Assembly (NCBI GenBank): GCA_007376135.1
Contig: VMFR01000003.1
Span: 11,660 to 75,659 of the forward strand
Direction of reading: 5' to 3'
Origin: Parcubacteria group bacterium Gr01-1014_31
GTDB taxonomy: Bacteria; Patescibacteriota; Patescibacteriia; Buchananbacterales; GWA2-38-13
Length of the DNA: 64,000 nucleotides
Shown piece by piece: positions 1-9,229 of the stretch (position 1 is its first letter; the number at the start of each line of letters is the position of its first letter). The notes below the pieces were generated by a model. The model was not told the DNA's origin. It saw nothing but the letters and a program-made list of their open reading frames with translations, and did not search any database. Position numbers and translations under genes: made by a program.

Positions 1-2154
1 TACAAGGAGCAGAGAACGAAATTCTATTATTTCAAGTACGGTCCGGTGATCATTGGCACGGCGCGGCCGGAAACGAAATTCCAGGACAAGACCATCATGG
101 TGCATCCTGACGATGCGCGCTACCGGCACCTGCACGGCAACGAGATGGAGATCGAGTGGATCGAGGGCAAGGTCAAAGCCAACATCATCGCCGATACGGT
201 GGCGGACAAGGATTTCGGTACCGGCGCCATGACCATCACCCCGGCGCACAGTTTCGAGGATTTCGAACTGGCGAAAAAATACCAGCTGCCGGTCGTGTCC
301 ATCATCGACGAAGACGGGAAATTGACGCCGGCGGCGGGCACGTTCGCCGGCAGAGACGCGCGGGCAAGCCGGGAGGAGATCGTTGCCAAGCTGCAGGCCA
401 AGGGGCTCGTGGACCACATCGACGAGGATTACGTGCACAATCTTTCGGTCTGCTATCGTTGCGGCACGCCGGTTGAACCCTTGCCGTCAAAGCAATGGTT
501 CGTGGATGTAAGTGCTAAGTGCAAAGTGCTCAGTGCTAAGCTTAAATATCCCAAAAAGGAAGCGTCATTGAAGGAATTAGCGGCGTGGGTGGTGAAATCC
601 GGCCAGATCGAAATAATTCCCGACCGTTTCACCAAAACGTACTTCCATTGGATGGATAATTTGCGGGATTGGTGCATCTCGCGGCAGATTTGGTTTGGCC
701 ACCGGATACCCGTTTACTATCGTAAACGGAAATTTCCCAATTCTCAATTTTCAATTTCCAATGAAGGTGTCGCTTCGCGACAAAATCTACAAGCCACAAG
801 CCACAAGCCACAAGCTGATAATGAAGAGGTCTACGTTGGGGTGAAGCCGCCGGTGGGGGACGGGTGGAAGCAGGACCCCGATACCTTGGATACGTGGTTT
901 TCGTCGGGGCTGTGGACGTTCTCGACCCTGGGCTGGCCGCAAAAGACCAAGGATCTAAAATCGTTCCACCCCACCGATCTGATGGAGACCGGTTACGACC
1001 TGCTGTTTTTTTGGGTCGCGCGGATGATCTTAATGAGCACGTATTTGGTCGGCGAACTGCCATTCCGCCAGGTCTACTTTCACGGCATGGTGCGCGATAA
1101 GCTCGGCCGCAAGATGTCCAAGTCGCGGCCGGAGACCGCGATCGACCCGGTAGATATGATCGAAAAGTACGGCGCTGATGCCATGCGGCTCAGCCTGGTC
1201 ATCGGTACAACCGCGGGAAACGACACGCAGCTGTGGGAGGAAAAGATCGCATCGTACCGCAACTTCGTCAATAAACTGTGGAATATCGCGCGGTTCGTCT
1301 CAATGACGGCCGGAGAACTGAAGCTGGTAAAGACCGCGCCGACCCCAAAGACCCTGGCTGACCGGTGGATTTTGGCGGAGCTTGATGACATCATCAGGCG
1401 CGCAACGACAGGGTTGGAGCGCTATGAGTTTTCGGCCGTGGGTGAAGCCGTGTATGAGTTTACCTGGAGCAAATTCGCGGATTGGTATTTGGAAATTGCC
1501 AAGATCGAGGGGGGCAAAGAAAAAATGCTTTCCTATATATTGCAGCAAGTGCTCAAGTTGTGGCATCCGTTCACCCCGTTCGTCACCGAACATTTGTGGG
1601 AACGATACGGCGCGGGCCACCGCCGAGGCGGGGCAAAAAAACTATTGATGATCCAAGCCTGGCCGAAAGCCGGCCGCGCCAAGGCGGTAACGGATTTCGT
1701 TCAGGTGCAATCCGTGGTCACCGCCATTCGCAACCTTCGCTCAACCGCCAAAGTCGAACCGGCAAAGCGCGTGGCGGTCCAAATCGCCGCCGGCAAACAC
1801 GCCAAGCTGCTCAAGGCGCAGTCCGCCGTGATAGCGGCGTTGGCCCGATGCAGCGAGTTGACCGTCGAGGCCAAAGTTCCTAAGCCATCGCAAGCGGCTT
1901 CGGCCGTGGTTTCTGGCGTGACCATCTATGTGCCGCTCGCCGGGTTACTGGATGTCGGCAAGGAGCAAGAGCGTTTGCGGCGCGAACTGGACGAAGCCGA
2001 ACGGTATGCCAAAATGTTGGAACAGAAACTTGCAAATGACGCATTCACTGCACGCGCCCCGCAGGCAGTCGTTGCGGCGGAACGCGAGAAACTGGCCGTC
2101 CAGCAGAGCAAGGTCGCCAAACTGCGCGAGCAGTTGAACGCGCTCGCGGCCTAA
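1..2154 (+). CDS. valS: valine--tRNA ligase, 5'-truncated by the window edge
   Basis: DWCISRQIWFGH, DTLDTWFSS and KMSKS motifs; C-terminal coiled-coil arm; frame open from base 1. Confidence 0.97.
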   Translation, partial: YKEQRTKFYYFKYGPVIIGTARPETKFQDKTIMVHPDDARYRHLHGNEMEIEWIEGKVKANIIADTVADKDFGTGAMTITPAHSFEDFELAKKYQLPVVSIIDEDGKLTPAAGTFAGRDARASREEIVAKLQAKGLVDHIDEDYVHNLSVCYRCGTPVEPLPSKQWFVDVSAKCKVLSAKLKYPKKEASLKELAAWVVKSGQIEIIPDRFTKTYFHWMDNLRDWCISRQIWFGHRIPVYYRKRKFPNSQFSISNEGVASRQNLQATSHKPQADNEEVYVGVKPPVGDGWKQDPDTLDTWFSSGLWTFSTLGWPQKTKDLKSFHPTDLMETGYDLLFFWVARMILMSTYLVGELPFRQVYFHGMVRDKLGRKMSKSRPETAIDPVDMIEKYGADAMRLSLVIGTTAGNDTQLWEEKIASYRNFVNKLWNIARFVSMTAGELKLVKTAPTPKTLADRWILAELDDIIRRATTGLERYEFSAVGEAVYEFTWSKFADWYLEIAKIEGGKEKMLSYILQQVLKLWHPFTPFVTEHLWERYGAGHRRGGAKKLLMIQAWPKAGRAKAVTDFVQVQSVVTAIRNLRSTAKVEPAKRVAVQIAAGKHAKLLKAQSAVIAALARCSELTVEAKVPKPSQAASAVVSGVTIYVPLAGLLDVGKEQERLRRELDEAERYAKMLEQKLANDAFTARAPQAVVAAEREKLAVQQSKVAKLREQLNALAA
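510..544 (+). repeat. degenerate heptamer tandem repeat (AAGTGCT) inside valS
   Basis: aagtgct aagtgca aagtgct cagtgct aagctta; AT-rich within a GC-rich gene. Confidence 0.85.
731..821 (+). repeat. two heptamer arrays (CAATTTY and CCACAAG) inside valS
   Basis: caattct caatttt caatttc, then ctacaag ccacaag ccacaag ccacaag. Confidence 0.85.
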
Positions 2155-2167
2155 TAATATATTTTGT

Positions 2168-3355
2168 ATGCCAAAAATTTCCACCGACCCGAAGCTGATC
2201 GCCGAAGTGTTAGAGCGCGGCGTACAGAACATCTATCCTAGCAAAGAGGCGTTCGGACAGGCGCTCGCGTCCGGCCGGCGGCTCACCATCTACAACGGCA
2301 TCGACCCGACGGGGCAGTTGCACCTCGGGCATGGCGTGGTGCTCTTGAAGTTGCGGCAGCTGCAGCAACTGGGCCACCGCGTCATCGTGTTATTTGGCGG
2401 GTTCACGGCGCAGATCGGCGACCCCACCGATAAACTGGCAACGAGGCAGCCCTTGAGCGCAGCGCAGATCAAGGCGAACGCCAAAAACTACAAAAAACTC
2501 ATCGGAAAGATCTTGGACCCGAAAGCCACGGTGTGGAAAGATAACGCGACCTGGTGGGACAAGATCACCGCCGCAAAATTCCTGGAATTGGCATCGGAGC
2601 TGTCGGCCGCCCGCATCTGGGAACGCGACATGTTCCAGGAGCGCCTCAAGCAGGGCAAAGAGGTGCACCTGCACGAATTGCTCTACCCTTTGCTGCAGGG
2701 GTACGATTCGGTGGCCATGGACGTGGACGCCGAGGTCGGCGGCAACGACCAGACCGTCAACATGCTGGTGGGGCGCGAGATGCTCAAACGCCGTGGCAAG
2801 GAAAAGTTTGTCCTGACGTGCAAGCTGCTGGTGGACCCGACGGGCAAGAAGATGGGGAAGACCGAGGGCAACTTTGTCGCCATGGACGACAGCCCCCAGC
2901 AAACCTACGGCAAGGTGATGTCGTGGCCGGACTCGGTCGTACCGTTGGCATTCGAACTGGCAACCGTCGTGCCCTTGCCGGAAGTGGTGCAGGTCAGGAA
3001 TGACCTGGCCGCCGGGAAGAACCCAAAGATTTTAAAAATGCTTTTGAGCTACAAGATCACCGAGCTGTACCACGGCACGCCAGCGGCGATTTCCGCCGAA
3101 GAGCATTTCAAACAGGTCTTTGAGCGGGGCGAAAAGCCAACCGACATTCCCGAGGTGCGGACGGTCGAACGCGCGCTGCTCGAGGTGCTGGTCGCCTGCA
3201 AGCTCGCCGCTTCCCGGACCGACGCGCGTCGGTTGATTCAGCAGGGCGGCGTCAAGGTCAACGGGGTGACGGTCAAGGATGAACGGTTTGAGGTTCCCGA
3301 TGCCGCGGTCATTCAGAAAGGCAAACGGTTTTTCGTCGGTATCAAACGCGCGTGA
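2168..3355 (+). CDS. tyrS: tyrosine--tRNA ligase
   Basis: GIDPT..LHLGH, YPLLQGYD, GGNDQ, KMGKT motifs; C-terminal S4-like domain. Confidence 0.97.
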   Translation: MPKISTDPKLIAEVLERGVQNIYPSKEAFGQALASGRRLTIYNGIDPTGQLHLGHGVVLLKLRQLQQLGHRVIVLFGGFTAQIGDPTDKLATRQPLSAAQIKANAKNYKKLIGKILDPKATVWKDNATWWDKITAAKFLELASELSAARIWERDMFQERLKQGKEVHLHELLYPLLQGYDSVAMDVDAEVGGNDQTVNMLVGREMLKRRGKEKFVLTCKLLVDPTGKKMGKTEGNFVAMDDSPQQTYGKVMSWPDSVVPLAFELATVVPLPEVVQVRNDLAAGKNPKILKMLLSYKITELYHGTPAAISAEEHFKQVFERGEKPTDIPEVRTVERALLEVLVACKLAASRTDARRLIQQGGVKVNGVTVKDERFEVPDAAVIQKGKRFFVGIKRA

Positions 3356-3374
3356 AGAGCGGCGCAGTACTGCC

Positions 3375-4823
3375 ATGGCGTTGACGGCCCGGCGGGCAAT
3401 GGTGGGCGGTCGCGGGGCGGCCGCAGTGGTGTTGGCAGGCTCTCTGCTGCTTTCGCTGCTTACGTACTGGCAGCACGACGGTTCCTCGGATGCCGGGACG
3501 ACCTTGACGACGGCCTGGCAGATGAGCCAGGGCAAAGTGCTGTACCGCGATATCGTGGATTTTTACCCGCCCGTGGCGTTCACGCTGCTGGCGGGCGTTT
3601 TTAAAATTGTTGGCCCCAGCTATCTGGCCGCCAAGGCGCTGTTCCTGGGGTTGCTGATCATTTGCGGACTCGCGGTGCAGCGCGCCACGCGAGACTTTTT
3701 ACCCCCCGCATGGCGGTACGCCGTGCTGCCACTGTGGCTGGTATTTTTCGCGTTCTACACGCTCATCAACCACAACCCCCTCAGTTTGTGGCTTGCGGCG
3801 CTGGCCTGGGTGAGCTGGAGCACGGCGCAGCGCTCATCCTCCCGCGGATTTTCGTTCTTGGCCGGGCTGTTGGCGGGAGCGGCCAGCGGCACATTGCAGA
3901 CGAAAGGATTGGCGGTGCTGGTGGCAGCCGCACTCGTCGTTGCCATCCATCAGTGTAAGGTTTGGCGGCTCTTGTTATGGTTGGGTGGAGGTTTTGTTAC
4001 CGTGCTGTTCCTGTTATTTACCATCTGGCCGCCGGCACTTTTGTGGGAGTTGCTGGTCGCCGTTCCCGCCAATTCCTACGCTGTACCGCCGGGCCGTTTG
4101 GAGTATGGCTTGTTGGTGTTGGCGGCCGCGGTGCAGTTGGTTGCCGGCTGGCAGCTCTTGCGGCAGCGCGCTCCGATCGTGGTCTGGGGATGGTGGTGGC
4201 TGGGAGCGGCCCTGCTTGCCAGCACCGCGGTGCGCACCGACGCGCATCACGTCGTGATGAATTCGTTCCCGTTGCTGCTGGTTTCCCTGTGGATCGCGTC
4301 GCAGCGGCGGTGGGAGAGAACGCACGGCCTATCCCAAGTGGTGGATCGGTTGTTAACAACCTTGGTCGCGGCGTATCCGTTGACGCTCATGTTGCTCGTC
4401 GTCGTGGCGCTGCCGTCCGGATTCCCGACCGCCCAGGATCGGACGTTTTGGGAGTGGCTCGCGCTGCGAAACCGGGGGATCGAGCAAATCGTGTTCGCGG
4501 TACAGACCCGCGTACCGCCCGGCAAGCCCATCTACGCCGGGCCGTTCTTGGCCAATGCGTACTTTGAAACGCAACGCGAAAATCCCACCCGTTTCAACAA
4601 TCTCATCACCGGCCTGTACCCGTCCGCGTATTTTCAGGAGGCACGCGCCAGCCTGGAGGAAGATACGCCGGCGGTGGTGTTGCTTAATTACCCGCTGGTC
4701 GCCAAATACCAGCACCAGATGAACAATCCTGTCGATGCGTTCTTCTGGTCGCGCTATCGCGTGACGGCGCAATTCGGCGACACGGTGCTGTTGGAATTGC
4801 AGCAGCCGTCAGGCAGCCCGTAG
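3375..4823 (+). CDS. GT-C fold (ArnT/PMT-like) membrane glycosyltransferase, paralog 1
   Basis: multi-TM; D-x-G..AWQ..G..LYRD..FYPP loop; C-terminal YF..R.NPTRFN; start moved to ATG 3375. Confidence 0.75.
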   Translation: MALTARRAMVGGRGAAAVVLAGSLLLSLLTYWQHDGSSDAGTTLTTAWQMSQGKVLYRDIVDFYPPVAFTLLAGVFKIVGPSYLAAKALFLGLLIICGLAVQRATRDFLPPAWRYAVLPLWLVFFAFYTLINHNPLSLWLAALAWVSWSTAQRSSSRGFSFLAGLLAGAASGTLQTKGLAVLVAAALVVAIHQCKVWRLLLWLGGGFVTVLFLLFTIWPPALLWELLVAVPANSYAVPPGRLEYGLLVLAAAVQLVAGWQLLRQRAPIVVWGWWWLGAALLASTAVRTDAHHVVMNSFPLLLVSLWIASQRRWERTHGLSQVVDRLLTTLVAAYPLTLMLLVVVALPSGFPTAQDRTFWEWLALRNRGIEQIVFAVQTRVPPGKPIYAGPFLANAYFETQRENPTRFNNLITGLYPSAYFQEARASLEEDTPAVVLLNYPLVAKYQHQMNNPVDAFFWSRYRVTAQFGDTVLLELQQPSGSP

Positions 4824-4827
4824 AGCT

Positions 4828-6252
4828 ATGCCGCACACCATTCTGCGCCAGCGGTGGGTCGTCTGGGGACTCTTGGCAGCCGGGTTTGCCACAGTGGCAG
4901 GCTACCACGCCGTACTTCCCATTGATGTTGATGAAACCTGGGTGCTGACGGTCGGCTGGCAGATCACCCAGGGCGTGGACCCGCTCCGCGATCTGTATGA
5001 ATTTCATACGCCCGGCGCATTCTACCTGGCCGCCGCGATCATCAAAATGTTCGGCGCCAGCGTTTGGCCGTTGCGGCTCGTGGTGACGCTGTTGACCGCG
5101 GCAACGGCCTGGCCGCTGTGGCGCCTGGCGCAACTATTGGGATTGCGGGGTTGGCAGCCGCCGGCGGTGGTGGCGACGTGGATTTTGCTGCTCACTATGT
5201 TCCCGTGGATCAACCCCAACCACCTGGCCCAGCTGGGTGGTATCTGGGCGGCGTGGGCGCTGGTCTTTGCCTGGCAGAAGCGGCGGCTGCGCTGGTTTGT
5301 TCTGGCGGGCGCGATTGCCGGGCTTGCCGTGTGGCTGTTGCAGACCCGCGGAGGCGCCCTGGTGTTGGCGGGCGTGGTAATTGCCCTCACGGCCCGTCGG
5401 CTTTGGCCGTTGGTGGCATACCTTGCCGGGGTCGGGGTGGTTTGGCTGCCATTCCTGTTGTGGCCGCCCGCGCTGCTCTGGCATAGTCTGGTCACGCTGC
5501 CGACGACCCAGTACCTGCCGTCCCAGTTCGTCGGCGTGCAGCTGGTGGTCATTACGGTCGGATTCCTCACTGTTCTCGCGCTGCTGGCATTGGCCGTGCA
5601 TGCCGCGCCGTCCGGATTTTGGCCGCTCTGGGCAGTCGCGCTTGTTCTGGCGGCAAGCATCTGGTCGCGCGCCGAAATTGCCTACTGGTCAACGATCGCC
5701 TGGCCGCTGTCGGTGCTGTTTTTTTCGCTGCTGTCGTGCCCCTGGCCCCGGCTGTCTGGCCGTCCACGGCAGACGGTGCGTGCCGTCATGTGGTACGGCG
5801 GCGCGCTGCTCGCGGCGCAGGTGTTTGGTTGGGCGGCGATCAACGGCGCGTCGCGCGTCGCGATGGCCATTTCCGACCGGCGCGCAGGGCGCGGCGACCT
5901 GTGGCAGGGGATCGGGGCAGCGGTAACGGCGCGGACGTTGCCGGGGGAGGAGATTTTTGCCCTGCCGTATCTGCCGGGGGCATATTTTTTCAGCCAGCGG
6001 CCGAACGCCACGCCGTACAATACGCTGCTGTCCAATTTTCACCCGCCCGAAATCCTCGCGGACGCGATTTCGCGGCTGGAGCGGGTCAAGCCGAAAGTGG
6101 TGGTGCGGGCACGCGACAGTTTCGCCGTTCGGCGAGGTTTTCATCAGGACGGCACCGCGCTGGACGCGTACCTGGATGACCATTACCGCGTGGCGCAAGA
6201 CTCGGTGGCCGGGTATGTGGTGGAAATTTTGGAGCGTCGGCCTGGGTTATGA
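4828..6252 (+). CDS. GT-C fold membrane glycosyltransferase, paralog 2
   Basis: DET..GWQ..G..RDLYEFHTPG; IFALPYLPGAYFFSQRPNATPYN. Confidence 0.75.
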   Translation: MPHTILRQRWVVWGLLAAGFATVAGYHAVLPIDVDETWVLTVGWQITQGVDPLRDLYEFHTPGAFYLAAAIIKMFGASVWPLRLVVTLLTAATAWPLWRLAQLLGLRGWQPPAVVATWILLLTMFPWINPNHLAQLGGIWAAWALVFAWQKRRLRWFVLAGAIAGLAVWLLQTRGGALVLAGVVIALTARRLWPLVAYLAGVGVVWLPFLLWPPALLWHSLVTLPTTQYLPSQFVGVQLVVITVGFLTVLALLALAVHAAPSGFWPLWAVALVLAASIWSRAEIAYWSTIAWPLSVLFFSLLSCPWPRLSGRPRQTVRAVMWYGGALLAAQVFGWAAINGASRVAMAISDRRAGRGDLWQGIGAAVTARTLPGEEIFALPYLPGAYFFSQRPNATPYNTLLSNFHPPEILADAISRLERVKPKVVVRARDSFAVRRGFHQDGTALDAYLDDHYRVAQDSVAGYVVEILERRPGL

Positions 6253-7682
6253 ACGAGGAATTGCCGACATCTCGCTGGGGGCTGGGCGCCCGTGCCACGG
6301 TGGTCGCGGTGCTGGCAGCGGTTGCCTTCATCCGGTGGTACGTCGGAATCGATCCGGATGCGGGATTGACGATGACGGCCGCCTGGCAGGTGAGCCAGGG
6401 ATTGGTGCCGTACCGGGATTTTTTCGAATTCCATCCCCCCGGCGCATTTTATGCGCTGGCCGGCGTTTTTCAGATCTTTGGCTCCACCTACGTCGTCGCC
6501 AAACTGTTCTCGATGCTCGTTCTGGCCCTTGGCGCGGTGGGAGTGGATCGCTGCGCGCGGCGGCTGTTGCTGCGTCCGTGGCATCGCGTTGCCGCTTTGG
6601 CGGTGTGGGGGCTGCTGGCGCTGCAGTTTCCACTGGTGAGCTATAGTACATACGCGCACGTCGGTAGCATCTGGGTCGCGTGGCTTTTGGTGCGGCTCCA
6701 TCAGCGCAGCGCTCAAGGGTGGGAGGCGCTCGCCGGGTTTGCCGTCCTCGGAGCGAGCGCGGCGGGGGTGGGGTGGCTTTTGCAGACGCGCGGTGCGGCA
6801 TTGTTCCTGGTCGGGCTGGGTGTTGCCGCGGCGTCGCGCCGCTGGCAGCTGGTCGCAGCGTACCTGGGAGGATCGGGGGTGGCGCTGCTGCCCGGCCTCG
6901 CGCTTCCGCTGCGGGAATTTTGGCAGCAAACGGTCGTCTATCCCGCTGCCCACTACCCGGCCATCAACACCGACCAGCCATTGTGGCTGGTGCTCTGGGG
7001 TGGCGTCATCGTGACGCTGGGCATAGTCGCATACTGGGCGCGATCCTCGTGGCGCGGATTTTGGCCGTTGTGGTGGACGGCCCTCGCGCTCTTGGTCAGC
7101 ATCTGGCCGCACGCGAACGGGGTGTACCTCTCGATGGTGCTGTGGCCCTTGGCGCTGTTGTTCACCGCCGCGGTGCCGCCGCCGTCGGCCATGGCGTGGC
7201 GACGGCTCTGGCAGGGGGTAGCTGCGGCATCCGGAGCTTTTGCCGGCGCGCTGGCCTTGATGACCGTCGGCGTTTTTTTTACCCTGTTCCCCGGCGCGCG
7301 CGCCGCCGACCCCTGGGGCGCGCGGGCGCCCTTCTGGGAGGATCTGGCCGTTGAGGTGCGGATGCGGACGCAGCAGAACGAACCCATCTTTGCCACGCCC
7401 ACGCTACCCAATCTTTATTTTTTCGCGCAGCGTCCGAATGCCACGCGGTATAATTCCCTGTTCAGCGGTCAGTACGACGCTCCGTATTTCTTGCAAGCGG
7501 TCGTCGATCTGGAGCAGCGCCGTCCTCGATACGTCGTGCGCGAGCTGGACAGCTTGGCGGTGCAACTGGGTTACCACCGTGACGGCACCCAGGTGGATGT
7601 GTATCTGGATGAGCACTACCGCGTGGCCGCCGAGCTGACGAAGTTTCTGCCGCGGCGGTTGCAGCTCTTGGAGCGGCGATAG
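6249..7682 (+). CDS. GT-C fold membrane glycosyltransferase, paralog 3
   Basis: DAG..AWQVSQGLVPYRDFFEFHPPG; ATGA overlap with the previous gene. Confidence 0.75.
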   Translation: MNEELPTSRWGLGARATVVAVLAAVAFIRWYVGIDPDAGLTMTAAWQVSQGLVPYRDFFEFHPPGAFYALAGVFQIFGSTYVVAKLFSMLVLALGAVGVDRCARRLLLRPWHRVAALAVWGLLALQFPLVSYSTYAHVGSIWVAWLLVRLHQRSAQGWEALAGFAVLGASAAGVGWLLQTRGAALFLVGLGVAAASRRWQLVAAYLGGSGVALLPGLALPLREFWQQTVVYPAAHYPAINTDQPLWLVLWGGVIVTLGIVAYWARSSWRGFWPLWWTALALLVSIWPHANGVYLSMVLWPLALLFTAAVPPPSAMAWRRLWQGVAAASGAFAGALALMTVGVFFTLFPGARAADPWGARAPFWEDLAVEVRMRTQQNEPIFATPTLPNLYFFAQRPNATRYNSLFSGQYDAPYFLQAVVDLEQRRPRYVVRELDSLAVQLGYHRDGTQVDVYLDEHYRVAAELTKFLPRRLQLLERR

Positions 7683-7689
7683 CATCCGT

Positions 7690-9114
7690 ATGACGTGGTA
7701 CCCCCTCCCTCGTTCCCGCTGGACGCCTCCCGCGATTGCGGGGCTTGTGTTGGCGCTGCTGGTGGTGCGCTGGTATCCGGACCCCGCCAGCGACGAAACA
7801 TTGACGCTGACCATCGCCTGGCAGGTCAGCCAGGGGCTTGGGCTCTACCGCGATGTCTTTGAATTCCATCCGCCCGGTACGTTCTATTTCTTTGGCGCGC
7901 TGTTCCGGGTGTTCGGCCCGTCGTATCTGGCGGCGAAGATCGCGATCGTACTCCTGACCGCGGCAACCGGTTTTGCCCTCGATGTGCTAGTTCGCCGCTT
8001 CACCTCCCGCGGACTACCGCGGGTCACCGTGCTGGCGGGGTGGCTGCTGTTGGTCTGGCAATTTCCGGCGATCGGCTACCATTCCTTGGCGCACCTGGCC
8101 AGCATTTGGGTTGCGCTCTTTTTGGTTCTGGCGTCCGTTGAGCGGCGTACCGGCTGGGCTTTGGCCTGCGGTCTCGCGACGGCCGCTGCGGGCTGGTATA
8201 TGCAACCCTACGGCGTGGTCCTGGCGGCGGTGGGCGTTGGCAGCATGCTCGCGACGCGGCAGCTGCGGCTGGCGTTCGCTTACGTTGCCGCGCTCGCGAT
8301 CGCGCTGCTGCCGTTGCTGGCCTGGCCTTTGCCGCTGCTGTGGCAGCATCTGGTGCGATTCCCGCTGACGTACTACGCGCCCGCGAACCTTTCCCAAGGC
8401 AGTCCGGCAGGGTTGTTCGTCCTGGTCGCGGTGGTTCTCATGGTCGGCGCTGCGGCTGTCTTCAGTCGGCGGGTGCCATCCGGGTTTTGGCCGTTATGGT
8501 TCATGTCGCTGGTCCTGCCGCTCACCGTGTGGCCGCACTCGCAGGTCGGCTACCTGGCGAGTGTTGCCTGGCCGTTGCTTTTGCTGCTCGTGGTAACACC
8601 GCCGGGTGGGGGAGCGATGCGGGAGCAGATCTCGGCCATCGTCGGGCAAAGCCTTCGGTTTGTGGCCGTGGTCGGCGGCATCGCAGCGGCAGTCGTTTCG
8701 GTCGGATTTTTTTCCGTGCGTTGGCCGCTCCATGACGAGTTCGGTCTGCGCGTGCCGTTCTGGGACGACCTTGGAACTGCGGTGCAGGCCCGCACGAGGA
8801 CGAATGAACCGATCTTTGCCGTGCCGTACTTGCCGGCGATATATTTTTTTGCCCAGCGGCCCAATGCCACCCGGCACAACTCGCTGCAGACCGCGTTCCA
8901 TCCGCCGTACGTCTTGGATGAGATCATCACCGATCTGGAGCGCACCAAGCCGCGGGTGGTCATCCGCGAGTATGCCAGCTGGCTCGCGCGATTGGGGCAG
9001 TACGACGAGGGCAACCGCGTTGACGCCTACCTGGATATGCACTATCGGTTCAGTGAGGAGCTGACGCAGTTTGCCCCGCGGCGGATCCAGCTGTGGGAAC
9101 GACGCGTTCCGTAG
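7690..9114 (+). CDS. GT-C fold membrane glycosyltransferase, paralog 4
   Basis: DET..AWQVSQGLGLYRDVFEFHPPG; IFAVPYLPAIYFFAQRPNATRHN. Confidence 0.75.
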   Translation: MTWYPLPRSRWTPPAIAGLVLALLVVRWYPDPASDETLTLTIAWQVSQGLGLYRDVFEFHPPGTFYFFGALFRVFGPSYLAAKIAIVLLTAATGFALDVLVRRFTSRGLPRVTVLAGWLLLVWQFPAIGYHSLAHLASIWVALFLVLASVERRTGWALACGLATAAAGWYMQPYGVVLAAVGVGSMLATRQLRLAFAYVAALAIALLPLLAWPLPLLWQHLVRFPLTYYAPANLSQGSPAGLFVLVAVVLMVGAAAVFSRRVPSGFWPLWFMSLVLPLTVWPHSQVGYLASVAWPLLLLLVVTPPGGGAMREQISAIVGQSLRFVAVVGGIAAAVVSVGFFSVRWPLHDEFGLRVPFWDDLGTAVQARTRTNEPIFAVPYLPAIYFFAQRPNATRHNSLQTAFHPPYVLDEIITDLERTKPRVVIREYASWLARLGQYDEGNRVDAYLDMHYRFSEELTQFAPRRIQLWERRVP

Positions 9115-9123
9115 TCGTCTATG

Positions 9124-9229
9124 CCCCGTAGGACAACGGAATGGCGGGGAAAATAGATATTAGACGGGGGAGAAGCTATTATGTACGCCATCACATGAGC
9201 ATTACACATTTGACCGTTGTCCTGCGGGG
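9124..9229 (+). mobile_element. ~100-bp inverted-end element, family 1 (copy D)
   Basis: CCCCGTAGGACAACGG ... CCGTTGTCCTGCGGGG flanked by TATG / TAGG. Confidence 0.75.

Noticed and set aside
3353-3355. Alternative genetic code (UGA = Gly)
   Set aside because: Conserved genes such as tyrS end at TGA at their expected length and no in-frame TGA interrupts core genes.
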